Source of the DNA: Arcobacteraceae bacterium
GTDB taxonomy: Bacteria > Campylobacterota > Campylobacteria > Campylobacterales > Arcobacteraceae
Length of the DNA stretch: 42,046 bases
Direction of reading: 5' to 3'
Assembly: GCA_965224485.1 (NCBI GenBank)
Contig: CBDCZH010000014.1
Coordinates: 1 to 42,046 of the forward strand
Position 1 is the first letter of the stretch. Each line of letters starts with the position of its first letter. The translations under genes and the position numbers were made by a program. The notes under the pieces were generated by a model. That model saw only the letters and a program-made list of their open reading frames with translations. It had not been told where the DNA came from and did not search any database. Below are positions 9,324-18,418 of the stretch, piece by piece.

Positions 9324-10790
9324 ATGCAAAACAGTGCACAAATCGAGTATGATTACTCAATTGCAAAAGCTTTTACATTTGCAACAATTCTGTTTGGTAT
9401 TATTGGTATGCTAGTTGGTGTAATTCTAGCATTCCAACTTGCTTTCCCTGAGTTAAATAACTTAGCTGGAGAGTACGGTACTTTCGGTAGATTAAGACCT
9501 TTACATACAAATGGTGTAGCTTTTGGTTTTACTCTAAGTGGTGTTTTTGCAACATGGTATTACGTGTCGCAAAGAGTACTAAAAGTTTCACTAAAAGAGT
9601 CACCATTTTTAATGGGTGTAGCAAAATTACATTTTGTGCTATATTTTATAACAATTCTTTTAGCAGTTGTAACACTTACTTTAGGGTTTACAACATCTAA
9701 AGAGTATGCTGAATTAGAATGGCCTTTAGATATTTTAGTCGTTGTTTGGTGGGTATTATGGGGTGTTTCTATTTTTGGTTTAATAGGAATTAGAAGAGAG
9801 AGAACTTTATATATCTCAATTTGGTATTACATCGCATGTTTTATTGCAGTTGCTATGTTATATCTATTTAATAATATGGAAGTTCCTACATCTTTAGTAT
9901 CAGGTTATGGGTCTGTTATGCATTCAGTTTCTATGTATGCTGGATCAAATGATGCACTTGTTGAGTGGTGGTATGGTCATAATGCAGTTGGTTTTGTTTT
10001 TACTGTTCCAATTATTGCAATGATTTATTATTTCTTACCAAAAGAATCTGGTCAAAACGTTTATTCATATAAACTTTCAATTTTAGCTTTCTGGGGATTA
10101 TTATTTGTATACCTATGGGCTGGTGGACATCACTTGATTTATTCAACTGTTCCAGATTGGATGCAAACTATGGGTTCTGTAATGTCTGTTATTTTAATTT
10201 TACCATCATGGGGATCAGCTATTAATATGCTTTTAACAATGAAAGGTGAATGGCAACAGTTACAAGAAAATACACTTATTAAGTTTATGGTATTAGCTTC
10301 AACTTTTTATATGTTATCAACAATTGAAGGTCCTATTCAAGCAATTAAATCTGTAAATGCTATTGCGCATTTTACTGATTGGATTCCAGGTCATGTTCAT
10401 GATGGTACTTTAGGTTGGGTTGTATTTATGATTATGGCAGCACTATTTCATATGGTTCCTAGAATGTACAAAAGAGAGTTATATTCTAAATCATTAATGG
10501 ATACTCAGTTCTGGTTACAAACTACTGGTATTGTTTTATACTTTACATCTATGTGGATAGCTGGTATTACTCAAGGTATGATGTGGAGAGCTTATGACGA
10601 ATATGGTTCATTAGTTTATTCATTCATAGATACAGTTACTGTTCTTCAGCCTTATTATACTATTAGAGCTGTTGGTGGTTTAATGTATTTAATTGGTTTC
10701 TTTATGTTCGCATATAATATTTATAAAACTGCTACGTGTGGTAGAATTCTTGACAAAGAACCTACAAATACTACGCCAGTAGCACCATAA
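9324..10790 (+). CDS. ccoN: cbb3-type cytochrome c oxidase subunit I
   Basis: GRLRPLHTN, WWYGHNAVGF, WAGGHHL, GHVH metal ligands; strong SD AGGAGGAGGAG favours start at 9321/9324 over tracked 9294. Confidence 0.98.
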   Translation: MQNSAQIEYDYSIAKAFTFATILFGIIGMLVGVILAFQLAFPELNNLAGEYGTFGRLRPLHTNGVAFGFTLSGVFATWYYVSQRVLKVSLKESPFLMGVAKLHFVLYFITILLAVVTLTLGFTTSKEYAELEWPLDILVVVWWVLWGVSIFGLIGIRRERTLYISIWYYIACFIAVAMLYLFNNMEVPTSLVSGYGSVMHSVSMYAGSNDALVEWWYGHNAVGFVFTVPIIAMIYYFLPKESGQNVYSYKLSILAFWGLLFVYLWAGGHHLIYSTVPDWMQTMGSVMSVILILPSWGSAINMLLTMKGEWQQLQENTLIKFMVLASTFYMLSTIEGPIQAIKSVNAIAHFTDWIPGHVHDGTLGWVVFMIMAALFHMVPRMYKRELYSKSLMDTQFWLQTTGIVLYFTSMWIAGITQGMMWRAYDEYGSLVYSFIDTVTVLQPYYTIRAVGGLMYLIGFFMFAYNIYKTATCGRILDKEPTNTTPVAP

Positions 10791-10803
10791 GAAAGGGGTA
10801 ATT

Positions 10804-11487
10804 ATGTTTCATTGGTTTGAACAAAGACCGTTCTTTTTTGCGGTATTAGTATTTATATTTGTAGCATTTGCTGGTATTATTGAAGTAATTCCTGATTTTG
10901 CTAAACAATCACGTCCTAGTGTTGGTACAAAACCATACACTGTTTTACAGTTAGCTGGAAGACATGTTTATATTAAAGATTCGTGTAATGCTTGTCATTC
11001 ACAATTAATTAGACCGTTTAAAAGTGAAACTGATAGATATGGTATGTACTCTTTATCTGGTGAGTACGCTTATGATAGACCATTTTTATGGGGTTCTAAA
11101 AGAACTGGTCCTGATTTAATGAGAGTTGGTAATTATAGAACTACTGATTGGCATGAAAATCATATGATGGATCCAGCTTCAGTTGTTCCTGGTTCAATTA
11201 TGCCTTCATATAAACATATGTTTACAAATATTGCTGATATTGATACAGCATATGCAGAAGCTTATACAGTTAAAAAAGTATTTGCAACTCCTTATGATGT
11301 AGATTTAAATGGTGATGGAAAAGTTGATATTGCTTTAGGTTCTTATGAAGAAGCAAAAGTAAAAGCATTAGAAGAAGCTAAACTTATTGCAGCTGATATG
11401 AAAAATCAAGCAATTAAAGATACTGTTGCAGCTGGTCAGATTCCTCAAATTGTTGCGTTAATCGCATATTTAAATTCTTTAAAATAG
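10804..11487 (+). CDS. ccoO: cbb3-type cytochrome c oxidase subunit II
   Basis: CNACHSQLIRP, WGSKRTGPDL, PGSIMP. Confidence 0.98.
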   Translation: MFHWFEQRPFFFAVLVFIFVAFAGIIEVIPDFAKQSRPSVGTKPYTVLQLAGRHVYIKDSCNACHSQLIRPFKSETDRYGMYSLSGEYAYDRPFLWGSKRTGPDLMRVGNYRTTDWHENHMMDPASVVPGSIMPSYKHMFTNIADIDTAYAEAYTVKKVFATPYDVDLNGDGKVDIALGSYEEAKVKALEEAKLIAADMKNQAIKDTVAAGQIPQIVALIAYLNSLK

Positions 11488-11496
11488 GATATATTT

Positions 11497-11721
11497 ATGG
11501 AATATCAAGAACTAGTTGATTTACAGGGCTATGTTAAGTTTTTTCTATTACTTGTTGTAGTTGTGATTTTTTACTCTTACGCTTATTCGATTTATAAAAG
11601 AGATAAAAGTGGAAAAAGAGATTTTGAAAAATATACATCATTAGTTCATGATGATTCCATAACTGATACTCCCTTAGAGAACAGAGAAGTCAAAATAGAC
11701 GAAAAAGAGAAGGAGAAATAG
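11497..11721 (+). CDS. ccoQ: cbb3-type cytochrome c oxidase subunit IV
   Basis: 74 aa with single TM segment between ccoO and ccoP. Confidence 0.88.
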   Translation: MEYQELVDLQGYVKFFLLLVVVVIFYSYAYSIYKRDKSGKRDFEKYTSLVHDDSITDTPLENREVKIDEKEKEK

Positions 11722-11722
11722 T

Positions 11723-12613
11723 ATGAAATCTATGGTTATAGGTGGAATTATTCTTATTATCGCTTTGATGGCAGGAACTTACTTTGTTGCAGGTGATGCT
11801 TTTGTTAGTGATGATTCTATTAATAGTTTAACAATGCTTGGTGCTTTTGCAATTATTGCAATTACTGTATTTGTTACTATTAAGTATATTAATCAAATTA
11901 AAAATGATACTGCTAGTGGTGATTTAGCAGAAGAGAGCTGGGATGGGATTGGTGAATACCAAAATAGCATTCCTTCAGGATGGGCTTTAGCTTTTATAGG
12001 AACAATTATTTGGGGTATTTGGTATATGCTTATTGCATATCCTACCAATAGTTTTTCACAAATTGGTCAGTGGAATGAAGAAACATTAGAATATAATGCT
12101 AAGTTTTCTTCAAAATGGCAAAATCCTTCAGATGAAACATTAAGTGCTATGGGTGAGTCAATTTTCCTAGTACAATGTGCACCCTGTCATGGTGTTGATG
12201 CTGAAGGAATAGATGGAAAAGCACAGGATTTAACAAAAAGAATTTTAAAAACTTCTGTTGAACATGTGATTAGAAATGGTGCAAATAACTTTAAAACAGC
12301 ATTTCCAGGTGGAATGCCTCCTTTTATGTTAAGTGAAGCTAGCGATATTGATGCAGTTTCCACTTATGTAGCAGGTGGGTTTAAAGGCGAGCAACCAGCT
12401 TCTTTTGGAGTATGTGCAGGTTGTCATGGTGCTGATGGAAAAGGGATTGCTTATGTAGGTCCTAATATTGCTTCTTATGACGATGCAATTATTACTTCAG
12501 TTTTAGAAGACGGAAAAAAAGCTAATATTGGTACGATGCCAAGTTTCAAAGGTAGATTAAATACTACTCAAGAAAGAGCACTTGCATCATATATTAGAAG
12601 TTTAGGAGAGTAA
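11723..12613 (+). CDS. ccoP: cbb3-type cytochrome c oxidase subunit III
   Basis: WDGIGEY, two haem motifs CAPCH and CAGCH. Confidence 0.97.
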   Translation: MKSMVIGGIILIIALMAGTYFVAGDAFVSDDSINSLTMLGAFAIIAITVFVTIKYINQIKNDTASGDLAEESWDGIGEYQNSIPSGWALAFIGTIIWGIWYMLIAYPTNSFSQIGQWNEETLEYNAKFSSKWQNPSDETLSAMGESIFLVQCAPCHGVDAEGIDGKAQDLTKRILKTSVEHVIRNGANNFKTAFPGGMPPFMLSEASDIDAVSTYVAGGFKGEQPASFGVCAGCHGADGKGIAYVGPNIASYDDAIITSVLEDGKKANIGTMPSFKGRLNTTQERALASYIRSLGE

Positions 12614-12614
12614 A

Positions 12615-12854
12615 ATGGCTTTAAATACACAAATGAATGATAATGAAAGAGGAATATTTTCTCTTCTTCATGGTATTACAGGTATGTTAATAGCTGTTGT
12701 ACTTTTATTAAGTATTTTAGGAACTTTGACTTTTTTTGCTATTAATGTTCAACAAAATGAAGCAAAAAATTTCTATAAAATCAATCAAGATCTAAACGGT
12801 CTAAAAGCAAATAGTGCTGATAATAATTCACACTATATGCTTATTAAAAAGTAA
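12615..12854 (+). CDS. small cco-associated membrane protein (DUF4006-like)
   Basis: NERGIFSLLHGITGMLIAVVLLLSIL single TM, directly after ccoP as in Campylobacterota cco operons; SD AGGAG. Confidence 0.75.
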   Translation: MALNTQMNDNERGIFSLLHGITGMLIAVVLLLSILGTLTFFAINVQQNEAKNFYKINQDLNGLKANSADNNSHYMLIKK

Positions 12855-12864
12855 GGAGTAGTTT

Positions 12865-12957
12865 ATGGATAAAATTATTGGATTACTATTATTAGCTTCG
12901 GCTTTACTTACTATTTATTTATCGTATTTTGATCAAGCAAAAGTATTTGTTGGTTAA
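12865..12957 (+). CDS. 30-aa single-TM small protein MDKIIGLLLLASALLTIYLSYFDQAKVFVG (not in ORF track)
   Basis: SD AAGGAG at 12853-12858, ATG at 12865, TAA ends at 12957 abutting the next ATG at 12958. Confidence 0.8.
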   Translation: MDKIIGLLLLASALLTIYLSYFDQAKVFVG

Positions 12958-13587
12958 ATGAAAAATTATCTCAATGTAAAAGTAGCAGTGATTTCACTGC
13001 TGCTTTTTTTATTCACACAAAATTTAGATGCAAATTCTTTCTTATTAAGCTCAGATGCTGTTATTGATAAAAGAGCACAAGGTAAGATAAATGAAATTGG
13101 GCAAGAAGTAAAAACTAAACTTGGTATAAATATTTATGTTTATGCAAAAAACACTTATGGCTTCAGTAAAAAGCTAGATACGCAAGAAAAATTAAAACAA
13201 ATTAAAATTTATGAAGAAAAAATAACTAGTAAATTACAAAAACCTTATGTTCTTTTAACAATTGCACTAGAACAAACACATGTAAATTTATTATTTGATA
13301 AAAGCTTAGAAAATATAATAGATAAAAATGAAATATTAAACTCTTATGTAGTACCATTATTAGCATCAAAAGATAAAAACTCACTTTTTGCAAAAACTAG
13401 TGCTGCTATTTTAAATGGTTATGCTGCTATTGCAGATACATTAGCTTCAAATAAAGATATAAAACTTGAAAGTAGTATTGGAAGTATTGGAAAAACTACA
13501 GGAACTATTTGGAAAGTATTTATGTACTTTTTAGTTGTAAGTGGACTTGTTTTATATATTTATGCAATGCTTAAAAAAAGGAAATAA
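12958..13587 (+). CDS. exported/membrane protein of the cco locus (possibly TPM-domain-like)
   Basis: N-terminal signal peptide, C-terminal TM followed by KKRK; NGYAAIADTLA segment. Confidence 0.65.
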   Translation: MKNYLNVKVAVISLLLFLFTQNLDANSFLLSSDAVIDKRAQGKINEIGQEVKTKLGINIYVYAKNTYGFSKKLDTQEKLKQIKIYEEKITSKLQKPYVLLTIALEQTHVNLLFDKSLENIIDKNEILNSYVVPLLASKDKNSLFAKTSAAILNGYAAIADTLASNKDIKLESSIGSIGKTTGTIWKVFMYFLVVSGLVLYIYAMLKKRK

Positions 13588-13591
13588 AACT

Positions 13592-14146
13592 ATGAGTAAA
13601 AAAAGAAATTATTGGCCTTTATTATTTATCGGTATTTTTACTTTTACTTTAGTTATGATTATTTACACTATAGTTTCTGCTGTAAAAACTCCTGTGCATG
13701 AAGATAAAACTTTTTTACTAAGTTATCACAATATTGATGCAAATTTCAATAAAATAATGGAAGCAAATGAAGATTTTATAAAAAAATATGATTTTTCTAT
13801 AAGTATAAATAAAAAATCTTTTCCCTTAAGTACAGAAGATTTATTCTATTCACAAAGAGTCTTAGAAAAAAAATCTTTACATAAAGATTTATTAAAAAAA
13901 GGTTCAAATACTATACTTATTGAAATTAGAAATAAACAAACAAAAGAACTTCTTTCTTTTGATTTAGATTTTAGACTTACAAAAGCTACAAACAATACTT
14001 CTGATATGGATTTTTCAAATAAAGATGTAAAAACATCTAAAACAGATTTAATAATCCCAATTGAGGGTAATTGGAATATAACAGGAAAAGTTACTATGAA
14101 AGATGGAAGTATAGGTTCATTTTATATAAAAACTAATGCAATTTAA
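13592..14146 (+). CDS. FixH/CcoH-like cbb3 assembly protein
   Basis: MSKKRNYWPLLFIGIF N-terminal TM, C-terminal GNWNI; position in cco locus; start reassigned to 13592 (AAGG SD). Confidence 0.65.
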   Translation: MSKKRNYWPLLFIGIFTFTLVMIIYTIVSAVKTPVHEDKTFLLSYHNIDANFNKIMEANEDFIKKYDFSISINKKSFPLSTEDLFYSQRVLEKKSLHKDLLKKGSNTILIEIRNKQTKELLSFDLDFRLTKATNNTSDMDFSNKDVKTSKTDLIIPIEGNWNITGKVTMKDGSIGSFYIKTNAI

Positions 14147-16490
14147 AAATCAAGTTTTTGTTTTTCCTACTTCAAGGGCAATAAGAGAATATATAAAAAG
14201 CAAAGATTTAGATAATACTCTTCTTCCTTCTTTTCTAACAATAGATGAGTTTCTAAAAAAATCAGTAAGTATTAAAAGTAAAGAGTTTATAGACGAAGAA
14301 CAGAGATTTTTATATTTAAAAGAAGCTGCAAGTATAAGTGGACTAAAAAAACTTGGCTTCTCTTCCTCTTTTTCTGATTTTGTTAAACATAGTGATTATT
14401 TATTTAGATTTTTTGGTGAAATGTCTGCTGAAAAAGTACGAATAGAAGATATAAAAACTGCTGATACTTATGAGTATTATATTGAACACTTAGAAGTTTT
14501 ACAAAGTATATATAAAAATTATATAAACTTATTAGATAAAAATTTTGCTGTTGATAAAATAAACTTCAATGAAAACTATGAAATAAATAAAGAATTTATA
14601 AAAAAATTTGATGAAATAACTATTGTTTTTGAAGGATATTTTACAAATATTGAGTTTGATATTATAAAAGAAATAGCAAGCTTATCTAGTGTTTTTATAA
14701 AAGTCAAATATAATGAATATAATCATAAATCCTTAGAAAAATTCATAAACTTAGGTTTTACTTTAGAAGAGAATCATTCTTATACTTTAAATTTAAGCAC
14801 TTTAAAAATAATAAAACAAACAAAAATAGAATCTTGTCTTAAAAATATTCATATTGAAGCTTTTTCTTCAAGAATTAATCAAATATCTTTTATTAAAAGC
14901 TCAATTGTTAAAATGATAAATGAAGGAATCTCAAAAGATAAAATTCTTCTAATTCTTCCAGATGAAAGTATGAAAGAGCAGTTAATGCTTTTTGATGACG
15001 AAAAATATTTTAACTATGCTATGGGAAAAGATATTAAAACTTCTGTTTTATATCAACGAATAAATGCTCTAAATAATTACTTAAATGAAGGTGAATATAA
15101 AGATATAGATTTTTTGAAATTTGTACATATAAATAAACATGAAATAGATGAAAAGATTGAGCCTTTATGGAATAAAACTTTAAAAGAAGATAGTTTTGAT
15201 TTCTTTTGTTCTTTTTGTAAAGAAGAAGAGTTAAATGAAGAAATTCTTGAAAAGTTTGAAGAGTTAATATATAAAATAAAATATCTTTTTTTTAAAAAAG
15301 AGCAAAATGTATCTTTAAGAGAAGCTATTAAAATCTTACTTCAAAAAGTAAACAAACTAAGTTTAGATGATATAAATGCAGGTGCTATTACTGTTATGGG
15401 ACTATTAGAAACTAGAGCTATACAATATGATGGTGTTATTATTTGTGATTTCAATGAAAGTTTTGTTCCTAAAAGAAGTGTTAAAGATAAGTTTTTATCA
15501 AGTAAAATAAAAGCATTTTCAAAACTTCCTACTTCTTATGATAGAGAAAACTTGCAAAAGTATTATTATACAAGTATTATTAAAAATGCAAAACAAATAG
15601 CTATCTCTTATGTAAATAATGAAACCATGCAAATAAGCAGATTTGCAAATGAACTGTTTAAAAAGAATGATTTATCTTATGAAGTTAAAGATGAAGAGTA
15701 TAAGCATATTTTATATAACAATAAAAAAATATCTTATGCGCAAGAAGAGATTTATTTAGAAATCAACTTAGCTAAAAATACTTGGTCAGCTACTTCACTT
15801 AAAACATATTTAGATTGTAAAAGAAAATATTATTTACATTATATTCTACGTTTAAAAGAGCATAATACTAGTTTAAAGCCACAAGCATTTGAATTAGGTT
15901 CAATTATACATAAAATACTAGAAATGCTTTATACTTCAAAGCAAAGCATTACATATGAAAATTTATTAAAATATTTTAATGAGTATAAAAATATAAATGC
16001 TTTTTTAAAACTAGACTTAGAAATATGGAAATTAAAACTAAAAGATTTTATAAAAAATGAAGAACATAGAATGAAAGAGTCTTTTTCACTTATAGCTTTA
16101 GAGAAATCATTTTTATTTGAATATAAGGGAATTAAATTAAAAGGTGTAATAGATAGAATTGATAAGATTAATGATACGTATGAAATTATTGATTATAAAA
16201 CATCTTCTTCTTTAAAAGTTGATACTCTTAAAACATATGAAAAATCAAAAGATTTTCAATTAGAGTTTTATTTTTTAGCAGCAAAAAATTTATTTGAAAG
16301 CTCACAGATAAAAACATATTATTATGACTTACATGAAAATATTTTAAAGCAAGAAGTTACCTTGGAGCAAAAACTTACACGTCTAGATGAAATATTTGAT
16401 GATTTGCACACAAAAGAAGTAAATTTTTCTAAGTGTGAGGAGAAAATCACCTGTCAGTTTTGCTCCTATAAAATGATATGTGACAGGTAG
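14136..16490 (+). CDS. AddB/RexB-like PD-(D/E)XK nuclease with C-terminal Fe-S cysteines
   Basis: SATSLKTYLDCKRKY, GSIIHKILE, GVIDRID, IIDYKT, FQLEFY, CQFCSYKMIC. Confidence 0.82.
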   Translation: MQFKNQVFVFPTSRAIREYIKSKDLDNTLLPSFLTIDEFLKKSVSIKSKEFIDEEQRFLYLKEAASISGLKKLGFSSSFSDFVKHSDYLFRFFGEMSAEKVRIEDIKTADTYEYYIEHLEVLQSIYKNYINLLDKNFAVDKINFNENYEINKEFIKKFDEITIVFEGYFTNIEFDIIKEIASLSSVFIKVKYNEYNHKSLEKFINLGFTLEENHSYTLNLSTLKIIKQTKIESCLKNIHIEAFSSRINQISFIKSSIVKMINEGISKDKILLILPDESMKEQLMLFDDEKYFNYAMGKDIKTSVLYQRINALNNYLNEGEYKDIDFLKFVHINKHEIDEKIEPLWNKTLKEDSFDFFCSFCKEEELNEEILEKFEELIYKIKYLFFKKEQNVSLREAIKILLQKVNKLSLDDINAGAITVMGLLETRAIQYDGVIICDFNESFVPKRSVKDKFLSSKIKAFSKLPTSYDRENLQKYYYTSIIKNAKQIAISYVNNETMQISRFANELFKKNDLSYEVKDEEYKHILYNNKKISYAQEEIYLEINLAKNTWSATSLKTYLDCKRKYYLHYILRLKEHNTSLKPQAFELGSIIHKILEMLYTSKQSITYENLLKYFNEYKNINAFLKLDLEIWKLKLKDFIKNEEHRMKESFSLIALEKSFLFEYKGIKLKGVIDRIDKINDTYEIIDYKTSSSLKVDTLKTYEKSKDFQLEFYFLAAKNLFESSQIKTYYYDLHENILKQEVTLEQKLTRLDEIFDDLHTKEVNFSKCEEKITCQFCSYKMICDR

Positions 16491-16512
16491 TTTAAGTTTT
16501 TATTTCTATCCT

Positions 16513-16549
16513 CTATAAACATAAACCATAAACTATCACACTATAAACT
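16513..16549 (-). repeat. short degenerate tandem array (GTTTATA/G-like) after prfB stop
   Basis: Minus strand reads gtttata gtgtgata gtttatg gtttat gtttata g. Confidence 0.55.
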
Positions 16550-17642
16550 AAGACTTACTTGCTATTAAAACATCTTCCATGATTTTTGTAATATCACCAT
16601 CTAAAATAGCATCAACATTAGAATAAGCAATATTTGATCTTGTATCTTTTACTTGTTGATAAGGTTGCATTACATAAGACCTAATTTGATGACCCCATCC
16701 AATTTCACTTTTTTCAACCCCATCTTTTAAAGCTTTTTTTTCTTCTAATTCTAGTTCATAAAGACGTGATTTTAACATTTTCATAGCAGATGCTTTATTT
16801 TTATGCTGTGATCTATCATTTTGACATTGTACTACTACATTTGTTTTTATATGAGTAATTCTAATAGCGCTTTCTGTTTTATTAACATGTTGCCCACCAG
16901 CTCCACTAGCTCTGTAAGTATCTATTCTTATATCAATTGGTTCTATTACAATATCAATATCATCATCAACTTCAGGACTCACCATAACAGAAGCAAAAGA
17001 GGTATGTCTTTTAGCATTTGAATCAAAAGGTGAAATCCGCACTAACCTATGAATTCCATTTTCTACTTTTGTATATCCATAAGCATTTTCGCCTTTTATT
17101 ATAAAAGAAACATCTTTTATACCAGCTTCTTCACCGTTTTGATAATCAAGTACTTCTATTTTATATGAAGATCTCTCTGCCCAACGCAAATACATTCTAT
17201 ATAACATCTCAGCCCAGTCTTGACTCTCAGTTCCACCAGCACCTGGATGTATGCTTATAATTGCATTTAAGCAATCATCTTTATTACTTAACATAACAGA
17301 AATTTCAGTAGATTTTATAAGCTCTTCTAAATCTTTTACTTCTTCATGCAAAAGCTCAAAAGTTTCTTCATCTTTTTCAGCAAGAGCTAATTCATAAAGC
17401 TCATTTGTTCCTTGTAAGGCTTCATTTGCTTTAGTAAATTTAGCAAGTTTACTTAAAAGTCTATTTTCTTCAATTCCAATTTCTGTAGCATATTTAACAT
17501 CATTCCAAAAATCTTGTTGCGATTCTAAGTCTTCTATCTCTTTCAATCGCACTTTTATAACTTCAGGCTTTAAAATATTTTTTATATTTGAAAGTTTAGT
17601 ATTTAAAAGTTTTAATAACTCAGAGTATTCATAAGAGTCCAC
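16548..17642 (-). CDS. prfB: peptide chain release factor 2 (continuous ORF, GTG start)
   Basis: [13 protein letters not shown] recognition motif, GGQ motif. Confidence 0.98.
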   Translation of the reverse strand: MDSYEYSELLKLLNTKLSNIKNILKPEVIKVRLKEIEDLESQQDFWNDVKYATEIGIEENRLLSKLAKFTKANEALQGTNELYELALAEKDEETFELLHEEVKDLEELIKSTEISVMLSNKDDCLNAIISIHPGAGGTESQDWAEMLYRMYLRWAERSSYKIEVLDYQNGEEAGIKDVSFIIKGENAYGYTKVENGIHRLVRISPFDSNAKRHTSFASVMVSPEVDDDIDIVIEPIDIRIDTYRASGAGGQHVNKTESAIRITHIKTNVVVQCQNDRSQHKNKASAMKMLKSRLYELELEEKKALKDGVEKSEIGWGHQIRSYVMQPYQQVKDTRSNIAYSNVDAILDGDITKIMEDVLIASKS

Positions 17643-18293
17643 TTATTTTGTAGCCTCTTTTTTCTCATCTGTCTTAGAATCTTCTTTAGTATCTTTAACT
17701 TTAAGACTTTGTAAATAAACAAATACGTTTTTAATATCACGTGAATCCAACATAGTAGCGAAGGGTTTCATCAAAAAAGCTCTACCTCTATCATATTCAC
17801 CAATATTATAATCCCTAATTGAGAGTTTAAAATCAGCTAATGAAAGATTTGCAATTGGTCTTGAAGTATTTTTAGCTCTTAACTCACCTTTATCTCCATG
17901 ACAGCTTTTACAGTGTTGAAGATACATTTTTTTACCACTTACCGACATTTTATATTTTATTTCTAATTTTGCAACTTTTGCATCATTGATTTTTTTAAGC
18001 TCTAATCTTTGTAAAATTTTTGCTTCAATTTTTTCTAAATCAAGAGAGCTTATAGATGTTTGTTTTTTAAAAATATAAATATAGTTATTTCCATCTATTT
18101 TAATATCTGTATTTTCCCAACCCTCTTTTTGCATATCAGCTGAGCTCTTATCTCCCTTACATAAACCACCATTTAGTTTGGCATTTTCTATAGTTGAAAT
18201 AGATTTATGATTTTCTTTAAAACACATTGTAGTTTGAGCACTAAGACTTAGAGTTCCAAGACCTAGTATTAGTAGTTTCGTTAAAAGCTTCAT
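17643..18293 (-). CDS. periplasmic monohaem c-type cytochrome with extra N-terminal domain
   Basis: Signal peptide MKLLTKLLILGLGTLSLSA, CKSCHG haem motif, distal Met in FLMKPFA. Confidence 0.85.
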   Translation of the reverse strand: MKLLTKLLILGLGTLSLSAQTTMCFKENHKSISTIENAKLNGGLCKGDKSSADMQKEGWENTDIKIDGNNYIYIFKKQTSISSLDLEKIEAKILQRLELKKINDAKVAKLEIKYKMSVSGKKMYLQHCKSCHGDKGELRAKNTSRPIANLSLADFKLSIRDYNIGEYDRGRAFLMKPFATMLDSRDIKNVFVYLQSLKVKDTKEDSKTDEKKEATK

Positions 18294-18317
18294 TCTTATC
18301 CTTTAATTTTAAAGCTT

Positions 18318-18326
18318 ATTTTACCA
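18318..18326 (-). promoter_or_regulatory. extended -10 element for cytochrome c-prfB
   Basis: Minus strand TGGTAAAAT. Confidence 0.5.
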
Positions 18327-18350
18327 TAGCTTTGATAAATTTTAGACATA

Positions 18351-18384
18351 AAAAAAGCTTAGAAGCAGAAGCTTCTAAGCTTTT
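18351..18384 (-). terminator. rho-independent terminator of porin gene
   Basis: aaaagcttagaagc-agaa-gcttctaagctttt perfect stem with A-run (U-tail on minus strand). Confidence 0.9.
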
Positions 18385-18418
18385 AAGAGTTTAGTTAAAA
18401 ATCTTTTCTAAGAAAGTC

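Noticed and set aside
16548..17642. Programmed +1 frameshift in prfB
   Set aside because: The ORF is continuous from GTG to stop with no internal in-frame stop, so no recoding is needed.
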